Below are positions 1-12,100 of a DNA stretch of 64,000 bases, in pieces. Source of the DNA: a virus. Both the position numbers and the translations under genes were made by a program. Each line of letters starts with the position of its first letter. Position 1 is the first letter of the stretch. The stretch covers positions 7,047 to 71,046 of the IMG/VR virus record IMGVR_UViG_3300017598_000263, one strand, 5' to 3'. The notes under the pieces are model-generated. The model had not been told where the DNA came from, did no database searches, and saw nothing but the letters and a program-made list of their open reading frames with translations.

Positions 1-1
1 A

Positions 2-826
2 CTTACACCAGAAGTAGCATCTTACTTCAATATAAAATACCAGGTAGATTCAGTTTCATTCTCTCAATTGACTATAAGAAACTTGAGTGAAATGTCAGAT
101 GTAGAACATGGAGGATTTCACAATTCAGCTTTTACTAATATTGAAGATGATAGATTCACTGTCCCATTATCCTGGGATGCAATAGACGCTTTAACAGCAA
201 AAGAACAACTGCAAGTATATAAATACATACTGAGATTGGACATATTTGCTATTAGTGTAACTCACCTTGAATATTACGAAACTGAAGGGTTCATAACGCT
301 GTTTACACTTACACTGAGGGCAATATCCATTTATTCACTTGGATCATCATCTACGTGGACTGAAGCAGCTATAGCGGTGGTTTCAGCATATGCAGTTGGT
401 GAGATAGTAATATATATAGCTGAACAGACAGGTAATCCTACTCTTGCAGCAGTAGTTGGGCTATTAGTTGCTGTTGCTTTAGTTAATCCAGGTCAAATAA
501 ACCTTTCTGAACTTGTTAACCCAGAACAGCTATTAGCTTTAAGTACTAAATTTGCTAATAGTTTAGCTACAGCATATGACACAGTATCTCAGCAGATGAG
601 TGAGGATATAGCATATATCATCAAAACTACTGAAGAACGCTTAGAAGAACATGAGGAAAGTACACCTGATAGTGTAATTGACGTAGAGTTTATGGCTGCT
701 TTAAAGACATTCGATTCAAGCATGTATGATGCCATACAAGGTCAATATGACTTCAACAGAATTTACGACTATGATAGTGTAGTAACAGATTTCTTTAACA
801 ATCGACTCTTAATAGGTGTTGTATAA
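2..826 (+). CDS. Virion structural protein, C-terminal part (N4 gp53-like position); gene begins before the window
   Basis: Frame is open from base 2. Two hydrophobic segments. Precedes the ejection protein/vRNAP block as in N4. Confidence 0.55.
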   Translation, partial: LTPEVASYFNIKYQVDSVSFSQLTIRNLSEMSDVEHGGFHNSAFTNIEDDRFTVPLSWDAIDALTAKEQLQVYKYILRLDIFAISVTHLEYYETEGFITLFTLTLRAISIYSLGSSSTWTEAAIAVVSAYAVGEIVIYIAEQTGNPTLAAVVGLLVAVALVNPGQINLSELVNPEQLLALSTKFANSLATAYDTVSQQMSEDIAYIIKTTEERLEEHEESTPDSVIDVEFMAALKTFDSSMYDAIQGQYDFNRIYDYDSVVTDFFNNRLLIGVV

Positions 827-876
827 TACATAACGTAGTATGATATTGTAAATACGTAAATTTTCGGAGAAATACC

Positions 877-1362
877 ATGTCGGATAGTTTAGCATTTAAT
901 TTTAAACCAGAACCAATTGATTTAGGTATAAATACTAGTAATTGGGAATTTATTAATGGTGAATTTGTAAATACAGCAAACAATGAAATAAATACTAATA
1001 ACTCTAATCTTTCAGATGGATCAGCTATGAATGGTTGGCAAAAAGGTGCTTTAGGTATAAATGCTCTTACTGGTTTAGCTGGTATGTTCAATGCTTACAA
1101 AGACTATGGATTACGAAGTAAACAATTAGCTTTTAATAAAGCATTAGCAAATCGTAATTTAGCTAATTCAGCTGTTACAACAAATCAACAGTTGAAGAAC
1201 CAGGCAATTATGGCTGCTCAGTTAGGTGGTGGACATGATTATGGTACGAATGCAATGATTGAAGCTGCAGATCGTAACTATACTCCTGTCAGTGGTGCTC
1301 CAGTAGGACTAGCTGCACCAAAACAAGTATCTCTACGAGATGAGATTGTAAATCCAGTTTAG
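877..1362 (+). CDS. Small virion/ejection protein (N4 gp52-like)
   Basis: 161 aa, Gly/Ala/Asn-rich, no Cys. GGAG RBS upstream. Syntenic with N4. Confidence 0.55.
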   Translation: MSDSLAFNFKPEPIDLGINTSNWEFINGEFVNTANNEINTNNSNLSDGSAMNGWQKGALGINALTGLAGMFNAYKDYGLRSKQLAFNKALANRNLANSAVTTNQQLKNQAIMAAQLGGGHDYGTNAMIEAADRNYTPVSGAPVGLAAPKQVSLRDEIVNPV

Positions 1363-1371
1363 GAAAATACT

Positions 1372-3156
1372 ATGGCTAATAATATTGCTTGGCAACCTAC
1401 TCAGTTTCAAAATATAAATGTTGATCCTACAAGAGGATTAGCTATTGCTAATGCAGCAGCCAAAAGTATGTCTGACACAATTGCTAAACAGCAAGAAGCT
1501 GAATCTTTAGCTGAATACCGTGGTAGTACACTGGATATTGCCAGACAAAAACAAGCTCATCTTGAAGGTGAAGAAGCTAGAAATATTGCTGCAGAAAAGA
1601 GAGCTATAGCTAATGCACGAGCAGAAGATGCTCACAACTTGAAATTGGCTAATGAGCAGGGATTACTTATCAGTGATATAGTTGCGTCATCAGGTGGTAG
1701 TAACTATGACAAAGTTATGCAAGATCCTAAACTACTAGATGATCCTAGATTTAAAAAAATGTTTGGTGGAAGATTAAATACACAAGATCCTATACTTCAA
1801 AACATTCAAGCTGATTTCAAAAAACAAGCAATAGCTCAAAATAAACGATTATTTTCAGATCCGACTGTTTACCATAATACTGTTTACAAGAAACTACTTG
1901 AATCTAAAAAATTCGGTAGAGAAGATGCTGCAGCTATTGCTACAGAAGAAACTACTAAGTTATTCCCAACATTAGATAAAGAGTTTGCTCTAAAGATGAT
2001 GATGCAACCAGGCAAAGCAACCTATAACATGATGGGTGGTAGCAGTGGTGGAGGTAGCGGAAGTAATAAATTACTATTCGGACAAACTAATCCGAATGAT
2101 GAAAAACAACGTATTGAAGATTTTAAAAATCTACAAGGTATTACTGACGATCAAGCTGAACTTCAACTACCGGAATGGTTAGGTGGAGGAAGACCGTTAG
2201 ATTTCTTTGGCGTAGATTTAAAAGGTAATGATATTGCAACATACCTTGCTGACATGGCAAAAACAGATGATAAAGGTCGTCCAGGTACTAATGTTGCAGA
2301 ATCCATAAAATACTTACAAACACTTACTAGAGGTGGTGTTACAGATTTTCGTATCGATAAGCTATCTCCTGACCAATTAAAAGCTTTCCGTACTGGTGCT
2401 AGAAATATGCAAGCAGCACAGGAACGTACTTATAATTCTAAAGGTGGACAATCAGGAAGTATTTTTGAACAGCAAGCAGCAACTCAAAATATGATGAATG
2501 AGCATAATAAGGGTGTTGTAGCTACGCAAAAAATGGATCAGGGTACTAGGCAGCAACGCATCAACACAATCTTAAGTGGATTGCCTGGGGAACCTGCTAA
2601 AGCTAGTAGTAAAGTTCCTAATAAACTTTTAAATGACAGTATTATAGATATTGGTAAAACAAGTAATTCAACAGACCCAATACTAAATAATTTACGTGAT
2701 GAGCCAATAAATGAAGTTTCAGCTAATAGTAAAATTATGGTAAATCCATCTACTATTCCAGATGTTCCTGCACCACGTTATCCGGGAGATGTAGTAACAG
2801 ACTTTATAGGTGACTCAGCAAGTGCTGCTGGTAATCTGTATAAAAAAGGTGTTGATGATATTATTTCTGCACCAGGCAATGTTGCTAAAGTTCTTGGTAA
2901 CATAGGTGCTTGGGGTGGTGCTAAACTTGCTCAAAAGCATATAAAAGAAGATACAATTAAAGGTAAAAATATAAATACTGTATTAGATGCAGTGAATAGT
3001 GGTGATATATCTAAATTAGATAGTCGTCATGTTCGTTTAGCTATAGAAAATAGTGATTCAGAGAGTGATAAAAAGACACTAGAAAAAGTGTTTAATGCAG
3101 TAGTAAAAAAAGAACGTGAAGGACACAAAGGTTTTTATCCTTCAGTATTTAACTAA
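1372..3156 (+). CDS. Virion ejection protein (N4 gp51-like)
   Basis: 594 aa, no Cys, directly upstream of the vRNAP block. Confidence 0.55.
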   Translation: MANNIAWQPTQFQNINVDPTRGLAIANAAAKSMSDTIAKQQEAESLAEYRGSTLDIARQKQAHLEGEEARNIAAEKRAIANARAEDAHNLKLANEQGLLISDIVASSGGSNYDKVMQDPKLLDDPRFKKMFGGRLNTQDPILQNIQADFKKQAIAQNKRLFSDPTVYHNTVYKKLLESKKFGREDAAAIATEETTKLFPTLDKEFALKMMMQPGKATYNMMGGSSGGGSGSNKLLFGQTNPNDEKQRIEDFKNLQGITDDQAELQLPEWLGGGRPLDFFGVDLKGNDIATYLADMAKTDDKGRPGTNVAESIKYLQTLTRGGVTDFRIDKLSPDQLKAFRTGARNMQAAQERTYNSKGGQSGSIFEQQAATQNMMNEHNKGVVATQKMDQGTRQQRINTILSGLPGEPAKASSKVPNKLLNDSIIDIGKTSNSTDPILNNLRDEPINEVSANSKIMVNPSTIPDVPAPRYPGDVVTDFIGDSASAAGNLYKKGVDDIISAPGNVAKVLGNIGAWGGAKLAQKHIKEDTIKGKNINTVLDAVNSGDISKLDSRHVRLAIENSDSESDKKTLEKVFNAVVKKEREGHKGFYPSVFN

Positions 3157-3182
3157 TAGTTTTATGGAATAGATAAGTAAAA

Positions 3183-6167
3183 ATGCCTAATTATATATTT
3201 GATAAAGCTCCGGGTCCGTATGACTTACCTTCACTGGCTGATAGTAAGTCATTTAAGTTAAATAAAAAGTTAGCAGAAAAGCGTGAAAAACTTACACCTG
3301 CTCCATACCCAACTCCTGAAGAAGTAGCTGCAGCTGAATTATCCTTAGCTGGTGGAGCAAACTCTGGAAGCAATATTCTTGATATGATTGAATCAAGCTT
3401 ATACCAGGGTGCAGGTAATATTGCAGATACATACGCAAATATTCAACAGAATGCATTAGGTAACAAAGATTATGCCCTTTCTCCTGAAGTAGATGCATTA
3501 TCCAATGAAGCTCATTCAGATAGCCTTGCAGGTTACACTGGACGAGGAGCTTACCAACAAAATATTAAAAATTTAACTAACTCAGTATCTGAAGCAGATT
3601 CTATAGGTGACTACTGGGACGTAGCTAAACAAGGATTTGCACTTGGTCCTGAAGCATTAGCGGATTCTGCTGCAAGTGGTGTAGAACTTGGACTTGGTGC
3701 ATTAGGAACTGCTGGTGTTACAGCTTTAGCTGGTCCAGTAGCTGGAGCTGTTACAGGTGGATTACTATTTGGTAAAAAAGTTAAGAAAGCAAAAGAAGCT
3801 GCTGAAAAAGTAGTTAGTTTTACTGATCGTTTAGAAAAAGGTGTTAACGCAGTACCAGGCATGATCGTTAAAAGTGCTGGAAGAACAAGTCTACTAACTG
3901 CAGATATTGTTGAACAAATGCGTCAGGAATATAAAGAAGCTAATAATGGTCAAGAACCTTCAGCAGCTTGGTATGGAACAAATGTACCAATAATAATGGC
4001 ACTGAATGCTTTAGAATTTGGAATAATTTCAAAAGCTATACCTAAAGCTAGTAAGTCTTTTGTTAAAGACATGAAAAAATCAATGAAATTCATGCCTAAA
4101 GGACATGTTAAAGAAGCTGCAAAAAGAATACTTAGCGGTGCAAAAAAAGTTTTCACAACAGCTGGACAAGAAGCCGGTCAAGAATACTTGCAAACTTGGC
4201 ATGAAATACTAGCACCAAAAGTAGATGGAGATACATTAAATACATTAGTTAATTCTGCTGTAAAAGAATTAAATGTAGATAAAAATCAGACAGAAGCTAT
4301 AGTAGGTTCAATACTAGGCTTTAGTGCTGGTGGTACTGCTAAAGGTATTGCTACTGTTCCAACAACTGCCGTAGCTGCTACTGCAGACATAACTGCGGGT
4401 ACTGTTAAAAAAGTAGCTAAAGTAGCAGGGAAAGGTATTCAAAAAGTTCAAACAGCTGCTAACTATAAGTTACTTAGTGAGAAAGATCGTCAAGCTGTAT
4501 CTAACCTAAGTAAGGTTAAGAAAAAAGTGTATGACGAAAAAGTTGAAGTTTTAGACAATCAGATAAATATTATTGAAAATTCTGAAACACATACAGATAT
4601 GTTTGAAGATGAAGAATTATCTACAGTAATTAAAGAATACCAGAAAGCCGGTAGTTTTACTGATGAAGACATGAATGACCCAGGTAGATTAAAGAACTTA
4701 AAAGATAAGCTATTAAGTTCTTATCGTGCTGAAAAAGTATTGTTAAGAACAAAACTTGAAACATCTAACATTGCAGCAATGGGTAAATTAGCAGGTAAAA
4801 ATGTTAAAGATGCTACTGTCGAAGCTGCAGAAAAAACTTTAGCATTCGCTGAAGACGTAATACCCGATGAAGTTGTAGAAAAGGCAATAGTAGCTGCACA
4901 AGTAACTAAGAAACAAGCTGCAAAAATGCTAAAAATTGCACAAGATGTAAAATCTAGTGCTGCATTAGGTGTTATAAATGCTGGACTTACAGCGTCTAAA
5001 GACCAATACAAAACTATTTTAACTGCAGCACGTAACCTTGAAGTAGGTGAACTAGAACGATCAATAGACATTATTAAAGATGCAAATCCAGATCTAGGTA
5101 AAAAATTAAATACATTATTAGAACAAAAGATATCTGTACTACCTAGTCTAGGACAAAGTAACGATACACTTATTAATCAAAAAACAGTATCAAAAGTAAT
5201 TAAAAACTTTGGTTCTAAATCAGTATCAGATGCAAATTTAGCATCAGCAATATTTGAATCTTTAGCAGGAAAAGTTGAAGATAACGAGACATTAGATCAA
5301 ATATCTAAAGCACTTGAACACTATAAAAAATCTGATGCATATAAGAATACAGATGCGGAAGGTCGTATTGATGAAACCAATATGGCTGCATTAGAAGGTA
5401 AAATAGAAAAAGCTTCTGCTAGAATTAATCGCAAGAAGAATGCCGTAGATAAAGTAAAAGATGTTAGTACTAAGGCAAAAGAAAAAGTAACAGAGTATTC
5501 TAAGCCTTTAAAGAAACTTATAAAGAAAGCTAAATTAATAACTGAGAAATTCTCAGAAGCTAATAATAAAGTTCAACTAGCTGCAGCAGCAAAAGAAGGA
5601 CCGGAAGCTGTTAAAAAAGTACAAGCTAAAATTGATAAAGGTATAGCTGACGCTAAAGCTGCCCAGGAAGCAGCTCATAAGCTGGCTAAAGAACAGGAAA
5701 TTACTGTACCTGAAGAAACATTTATTCAAAAAGTTAAACGTAATGTAGAAGACATTAATGAAGCAGTTAAAGAAGGGATAGATACTGCTAATGAAGTTAT
5801 TAAAGAATCAAAACGTGAACCTAAAGTTTTAGAAAAAGGTAGTATCAATGATCTTATAAAAAGTATTTCTAACGAGATTAGTAATACTCCAGAAGCTGCT
5901 AAAAATTACTATAACAAAACTAAAGCTTTAGCTAAAAAATTAAAGCTGATAGGATATGAAAGTGTACAGGATATAGAAGACCTGTCTGTTCAGTTCCCTG
6001 GATTAGCAAAAGATCAGAAACTACTTAACCTATTAAAAGATAACTTTGAAGTAGATGAAATGGTAGTAGAGCAAAAAGATACAAACGAAGATATTGATGA
6101 AGTAGTTAACCCGGTAACTGAAAGAAGTATTTTATCTAGACTAAAAAATAAATTTACAGGATGCTAA
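3183..6167 (+). CDS. Large ejection protein equivalent to the N-terminal (about 1,000 aa) domain of N4 virion RNAP
   Basis: 994 aa with Gly/Ala-rich hydrophobic stretches (GLGALGTAGVTALAGPVAG) and coiled coil. Its only Cys is the last residue. Confidence 0.6.
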   Translation: MPNYIFDKAPGPYDLPSLADSKSFKLNKKLAEKREKLTPAPYPTPEEVAAAELSLAGGANSGSNILDMIESSLYQGAGNIADTYANIQQNALGNKDYALSPEVDALSNEAHSDSLAGYTGRGAYQQNIKNLTNSVSEADSIGDYWDVAKQGFALGPEALADSAASGVELGLGALGTAGVTALAGPVAGAVTGGLLFGKKVKKAKEAAEKVVSFTDRLEKGVNAVPGMIVKSAGRTSLLTADIVEQMRQEYKEANNGQEPSAAWYGTNVPIIMALNALEFGIISKAIPKASKSFVKDMKKSMKFMPKGHVKEAAKRILSGAKKVFTTAGQEAGQEYLQTWHEILAPKVDGDTLNTLVNSAVKELNVDKNQTEAIVGSILGFSAGGTAKGIATVPTTAVAATADITAGTVKKVAKVAGKGIQKVQTAANYKLLSEKDRQAVSNLSKVKKKVYDEKVEVLDNQINIIENSETHTDMFEDEELSTVIKEYQKAGSFTDEDMNDPGRLKNLKDKLLSSYRAEKVLLRTKLETSNIAAMGKLAGKNVKDATVEAAEKTLAFAEDVIPDEVVEKAIVAAQVTKKQAAKMLKIAQDVKSSAALGVINAGLTASKDQYKTILTAARNLEVGELERSIDIIKDANPDLGKKLNTLLEQKISVLPSLGQSNDTLINQKTVSKVIKNFGSKSVSDANLASAIFESLAGKVEDNETLDQISKALEHYKKSDAYKNTDAEGRIDETNMAALEGKIEKASARINRKKNAVDKVKDVSTKAKEKVTEYSKPLKKLIKKAKLITEKFSEANNKVQLAAAAKEGPEAVKKVQAKIDKGIADAKAAQEAAHKLAKEQEITVPEETFIQKVKRNVEDINEAVKEGIDTANEVIKESKREPKVLEKGSINDLIKSISNEISNTPEAAKNYYNKTKALAKKLKLIGYESVQDIEDLSVQFPGLAKDQKLLNLLKDNFEVDEMVVEQKDTNEDIDEVVNPVTERSILSRLKNKFTGC

Positions 6168-6173
6168 AAGATA

Positions 6174-9100
6174 ATGGCTAAATTTTGTTCTATCATAAAC
6201 AACATATTTGATAAGTACATTTATGCAGTTGACCAGATTGCTGAAATACAAAAGCTAAAGGATAAACCTTTACGTTTTAATGTATGGGCAACTGAACAAA
6301 GTCATGTCAAAAATCTATTTAAAAAGAATGGAATAAAAGACCTACCTGCTACTGAAGGTATGGATAATTCTCCACATGTAATAACAAAAATTAAAAATGC
6401 TGTTAGACGTGTAAATGAGTCAGAAGCCTTAGACTCTGCTGAAAAATTTATGGAAGATATTATAGGCAGTGATGACAATATAGAATTATCTATTGCTCTC
6501 CATGAAATTATGGAGTCTGTAAAAGGTGAATCTGATAAAGCTCGTAATCTTGGTATTGATATAGTTGGTATTTCTAAAACATCAGTGCTACCAGTGGTCC
6601 CTATGTCTAGAGTAGCTGCTAGTATTGGTAGAAAAATAGTATTCCAAACAGGCCATAGATTCAGAAGTAACAAGAAAAACAGAGTTACATCTGCAGATAT
6701 TGAAACTCTATATTACACTGCAGGTAAAATGGCATTAGAGATGTTGGCAGAAAAGAAGTACATCAGCATCAACGATACGTTACCTTCTATAAAAGATTAC
6801 TTAACTGAAGCAGAGCTTCGTAAAGAAAGTGCAAATATAAATGCTGTTACCAAAAAAGGTAAAGAAGTTAGAACAGTAGCTTTAAACGAAAAGAAACTTG
6901 GTATAAAAGCTGAAAGCACAGCTAACTACTTTTTAAATAGAACTGAATCAGATTTGGCAGATACTAAACTTGGTGTTATAGCAGATGCATTGAGAGCTGT
7001 ACGAGAAATTACACAGCCATCAACAATTGTTAATCCACACACTGAAGGTAATATTGCATCTGAAGAAGACTTAAGAGATTTGGACGACGACAATGTTAAT
7101 CCAGATCCTATAAGTGATAGTGTGCGTCAAGAACTATACAAAAATCCTTTGTACGTAAATAATTCAATTCACGGACTAATGGGTCTATTGAATCGAGAAG
7201 TCAAAAAGACAGGAGATTCTGGTTCAAAAATCATGAGATCACTGCTAGGAACTAATAGCAAAGGCTTAATTGATTCTTTATTTGGAATCAAAAGATCTGA
7301 TGATTTTTCTAAAGATAAAAAAGAAAGTATTGCTGGACAAAACTTATCCAAAACTACGCCTCTTGATGACCTGGCGGAGAATTATGATGTTATCCAGGGG
7401 GATGGAGCAAATCCAGTAGGATTACATCTTCCTATGAAGCAAGGTCGTAACATACGTTTTTACTATCACAACAGCGTATTAAATCCACATGGGTCCAAGC
7501 ATAGTCGTTATACATTAACGTCTGGCAAGTACACAGTAGATATGAATTCCGCTGACTTTAAAAAACTTGTACACGGTATTTCAGAAGCTATTGGTGACAG
7601 TAAACTGACATTAGATAATTTCGTAGGCAAAACCGATAGTAAATTAAATACTGCATTAAAAGTTTATGAAGATTATAAAGCCTACATCAATAAAGGTAGT
7701 TTAAGCAGTGCAGTAGCTGAAGTAGGTAAATTAGCTAAGATTTTCCCAGGTACTGACTACGTTAGTCTTTTGACCGGGTTACAAGCAGTACAGGACATTC
7801 GTACTACACCTGTCAATGGAAAAATAACTACTGAATTCTTAGGTTCTTCAGATGCTACTGCGTCTGGAGGAACTCAAACATTTATGCAAGCTTTAGGTAC
7901 CAAAGAATCAGTTACAAAATTCTTAAGAAAATTAGGAATGCTTAAGAATGCTGATGGTAACGCTGAAGTAAAAATGAGAGATTTATATGCCATTATGGAA
8001 AATGGTATTAAAGATTTCATTGCTGGAAAAAGTATTGAAGGTTTATCAGGACAAGAACTTAAAGTTGATAAAGATGAAAAATTAACAGGTTCAAGATTGC
8101 TAATGGCTAAAACGGTAGAACTGTTATTTGATAATGGTGACAACCTTAGAAATTTAGCTAAAGATCCAACAATGGTTTTTGTATACAAACAAAGAGAGTT
8201 TGGCGCAGTAGATACAATGGCTCGTAACTTAGCTGATCGTATAGTAGATAATTTAAATAGTAAAAAAGTACGTAGCTACTTATCAACTCTTTTAGACGAT
8301 ACTGAATACGATACTGCTGACATAAAAGATTTAAATAGCAGAACTGGGCTGTATCAAAAAATTGTTACTGCAGTGAAAGACACTGGTCTTACAAGTGACC
8401 TATATAACATTTTGAAAGCTACTGTAGATAACCAATACCTGGAACATTACAATAGTCGTTTGGAGTCTGTATGGAAATTTGTAGAAGATTTAGACTTAGA
8501 TACTAACTTTAAAATTCTTCCTGCTGGAGCAGTATTATCTGGTAAAGAAAATAACATTAATGATCTAAAGCAATTTGGTATGCCAATTTCAAAAGTGCAT
8601 GAAATAGCACATGAAGTCGGGGATACTGGTGATGTGATATTAACTCGTGAACAAAAGTTAGCTAAGTCAGTGGCTGAAGTATCTACTGTGCACAGTATTG
8701 ACTCAGCACAGCTTTACCATGCATTAGATAGAGTAATGAAGAAACCTGAGTTTAAAGGAATGGGAGCTGTAGTTGTACACGATGAAGTACGTGGTCCTGT
8801 ATCTTTAGTGAGAGCTGTAGAAGTAGAGTATAGAAATATTACTAAAGAGATTACTCAGAAATATGATATTCATCAACAGATCTTACTAGCAGTAGCTGCA
8901 TATAATCCTGAAGTAGTTAACGATCCAAAATACAAAGCATTGATGACTGAGATCAATGGACATGTTGAAGAAAAAAATAAAATTATTAGTAATAGTTTTA
9001 ATGAAGACACTGACGCTTTAATTGGTGATAATGCAAAAATTAAAGAATTCGCTGGTGAAGTAGAAGTTGAAACTAAAAAAGAAACAAAGCAGGAAACTAA

Positions 9101-12100
9101 GCCTGAGACTAAAAAAGAAAAGTCAACTCCGGCTAAGAAAGCTTTAAGCATATTAGAAGATCTTGCAGGTGAATCTGAAATAATAGCTAAATTCTTAAAG
9201 TCTGTTAATTCTAGTAAAATAGAAATGGGAGATGATAATAAGTTTTATTCTGGAGATGACCAAATAACTATATCTGGTACCGATATTGGTAGAGGTGCTG
9301 GTGAATCTTTAGATATGTCTAAGCCTGGTGACAGAAAGCTACAGAAAGAACTTATTGAGCATGAGATTACACATGCAAATACAGTAGCTTTAATAGCTAA
9401 AGAATTAAGCAGAGTTGGTCAAAGTGAGACTAAGAGAGAATTACAATACTTTAATAAAGCTATTGAAAATCTAAATAAGCTACTTCCTAATATTATAAAA
9501 AATAGTATAGAAGGTAATTTAAACGATGAGACTTATGATCGTGTTACTTACGTATTAAATCAAAAGAATGAAGCTGATAAATTAGCTGAATTCATAGCTA
9601 TAATGACAACAGAGCCTGAAGTGGCTGCTGATATATATAAAATGCTGTCTAAAGAAAATCCAAATCTACTGGAAAGGATTAAGGCTTTCATTAATAAAGT
9701 TAAAACTGAATACCTGGGTATCAGTGCCAAAGATCTTGATAATGAAATCGACGTAGAAAAGCTATACGGTGCTTTAGTTAATACAGTAGCTACCGGTGAA
9801 ACTCAAAGAGAGCAGCAGTACGCTGAAGCTAAAGTGTGGTTGAGTGCGTATAAAAGAAATTATGGTGCAGGTAATACTGAACAAGTTAAAGCTAATGAAA
9901 AACGTAAAGGTAAACTAAATTACCTTAATTATACTGTAGCCAGTATGATGAATAGCAAACTTGAAAAGAATGGTCAAAGACTTATAGGAAAACTGCATGA
10001 CACAATGAAATCAGTATTTCCTATGTACTTTGATGTTGCTAATAAAATTAATGGTATATACGACAGCTCAGAAGCTCTACAGCAGTTCTATAACACAGTA
10101 ACTGGTGAAGGTTCTGACAAAGTACTTAAAGCAGACTTATTAGCACAAGCTCATAAACTAATGGCTCAACAGACAGCAATTACTAATGACCAGATGGGTA
10201 AATTTAATGAGCTGTTAGGAAAGATGAGTGCTAAAGAAAAAGCTACTATAGGTCGTTTTGTAAATGAAATGCCATTGCATGACTATTTTGTTTTAGCTGA
10301 TGAGTTTAAAACTGAAGAAGCGATAGCGACTGAAGTAACTAAACTAGAAAAGAAAATTAGAAAGCTTAAACAAAAAGAAGCTATTAACGACGTAGATTCT
10401 TTAATTGCCTGGAATGTTCTTCATGATGAAGACACAAAAGGTACAATTTATAATTTAGAAACAAAATATCCTATAAGTGATGATTCTGATTTTGGTATTT
10501 TAGTACGTAAACTATTAGCTTTGAAATCTATACAGGCTATAGAAAAGACTGAGGAAGGTTCTGGTAACTTTGAAAAGCTACTAGAAAATACTGACCTGGT
10601 TAATTTACTTAAAGATACAAGTGTAGCTAATAAACTAAGCCTATTAGAAAATAATGGTACCGGTAGATTAACAGATAGTGGTGTAGCTAATTACTGGAAG
10701 GAACCTTTTGTTACTGAGGTAATTGAACTTAGTGATTTAAAGAGATATGAAAACGGAGAAAATACCGGGTGGAAAGTATTAAGGCATCCTACAACCAATA
10801 GCTTGGGTGTTGTATACAAATATATTATTGATTCTACAAATATTGGTGGTGCATACACAGATGTAAAATTAAAGTCTGCAGATATTACTGTGACCGGTAC
10901 TAAAATGAAATATAAAGAACTAGTTGATGCTCCAGACAAAACTAGAAAACTAAGGTTAACTACAGAAGAGAAAACTGAATTAGGGTTGGTAGATGATTTT
11001 AGTCAGAATTTAGTACGTAGTACATCTCATAGTATGGCTATTCAAGATTCACAAATATTACGTGATGGTATTTTAAGAAAAGAAACCAGAATGGTTATAG
11101 GAAAGAATGTTACTGAATTAGTAGATACTATTAAAGCAGAAAATGTTCATAGTCCCTGGTTCGTACAGTTTGAAGGTGGTGTTTCCTGGGAAGATATTGA
11201 TCCTAGTAGACCTGATTTAGATGAAGCTACTAGAAAACAATACAAGATGATACGAGCTAAGTATAAGCCTGTAGGTAATAGAGCGTCTAATGTAAAAGGT
11301 TTTGATAAAGAAATACATTTAGTTAAAAAAGATATTGCTCATTGGTTGATGGGTGGTAGTTCTCAATCATTATTCAGCAATCCAAAATACAAATGGGCTG
11401 CACGAGTAGTGAAAGATTTAATTGCAGCATCTAAGATTAGTATGGTTGTACTAAATCCATTGAAAATTATAAACGATAATATATCTAATATTGCTTACAT
11501 TGGTGTAATGGGAGCATCTCCATTATTTATAGCTAAAAACTATAAGGATATTACTCGTGATTTCCAAGAGTATTCAGATCTACAACGTCAAATTGTACAG
11601 TTAAAAGTACAGATGGTTGCTAGACCAAATAGTAAAAAGTTAGAAAAGAAAGTTGAAGCATTACGTAAACAAGTAGATAAAAATCCTTTAGCTGGATTAC
11701 AGGATAGAGGTTTCATAAACTCTCTTGGTTCAGATTTGGTAGCTAAAAATGCAGATACACTTTCTGGTTTACAGGCAGATATACATTCAGCATTAGAATA
11801 CCTATTGGTAAATAAAAAAGGTAATAAACGATATATTTCTCACTTTATTGCACAATTACATAGCATAGGCGGTAATGGTGAAGATTTCTTAAAATACTTA
11901 GGAAGTTTAGCCAAGAAAGCTGGCAAAGATGGGAAAGGAGCTGCTAAAGAGCTAGATCAAGTTTATGATCGATTAAAAGAGATTCGTACTGATGAAGATA
12001 TTGTGAATTATGTATCTCAATATACAACAAGTCCTGGTGCTGAAACTGTTCGTATTGGATCTTCTATAACTGATTTAACAGATGTGTTAGCTAAAGAAAC

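Noticed and set aside
8598-8615. Second HExxH (HEIAH) in the vRNAP
   Set aside because: It lies inside the polymerase domain between motifs B and C and is probably chance.
3191-10939. Many minus-strand ORFs inside the ejection and vRNAP genes, and similar antisense ORFs elsewhere
   Set aside because: They are shadows of biased codon usage in long sense genes, with no RBS or motifs.
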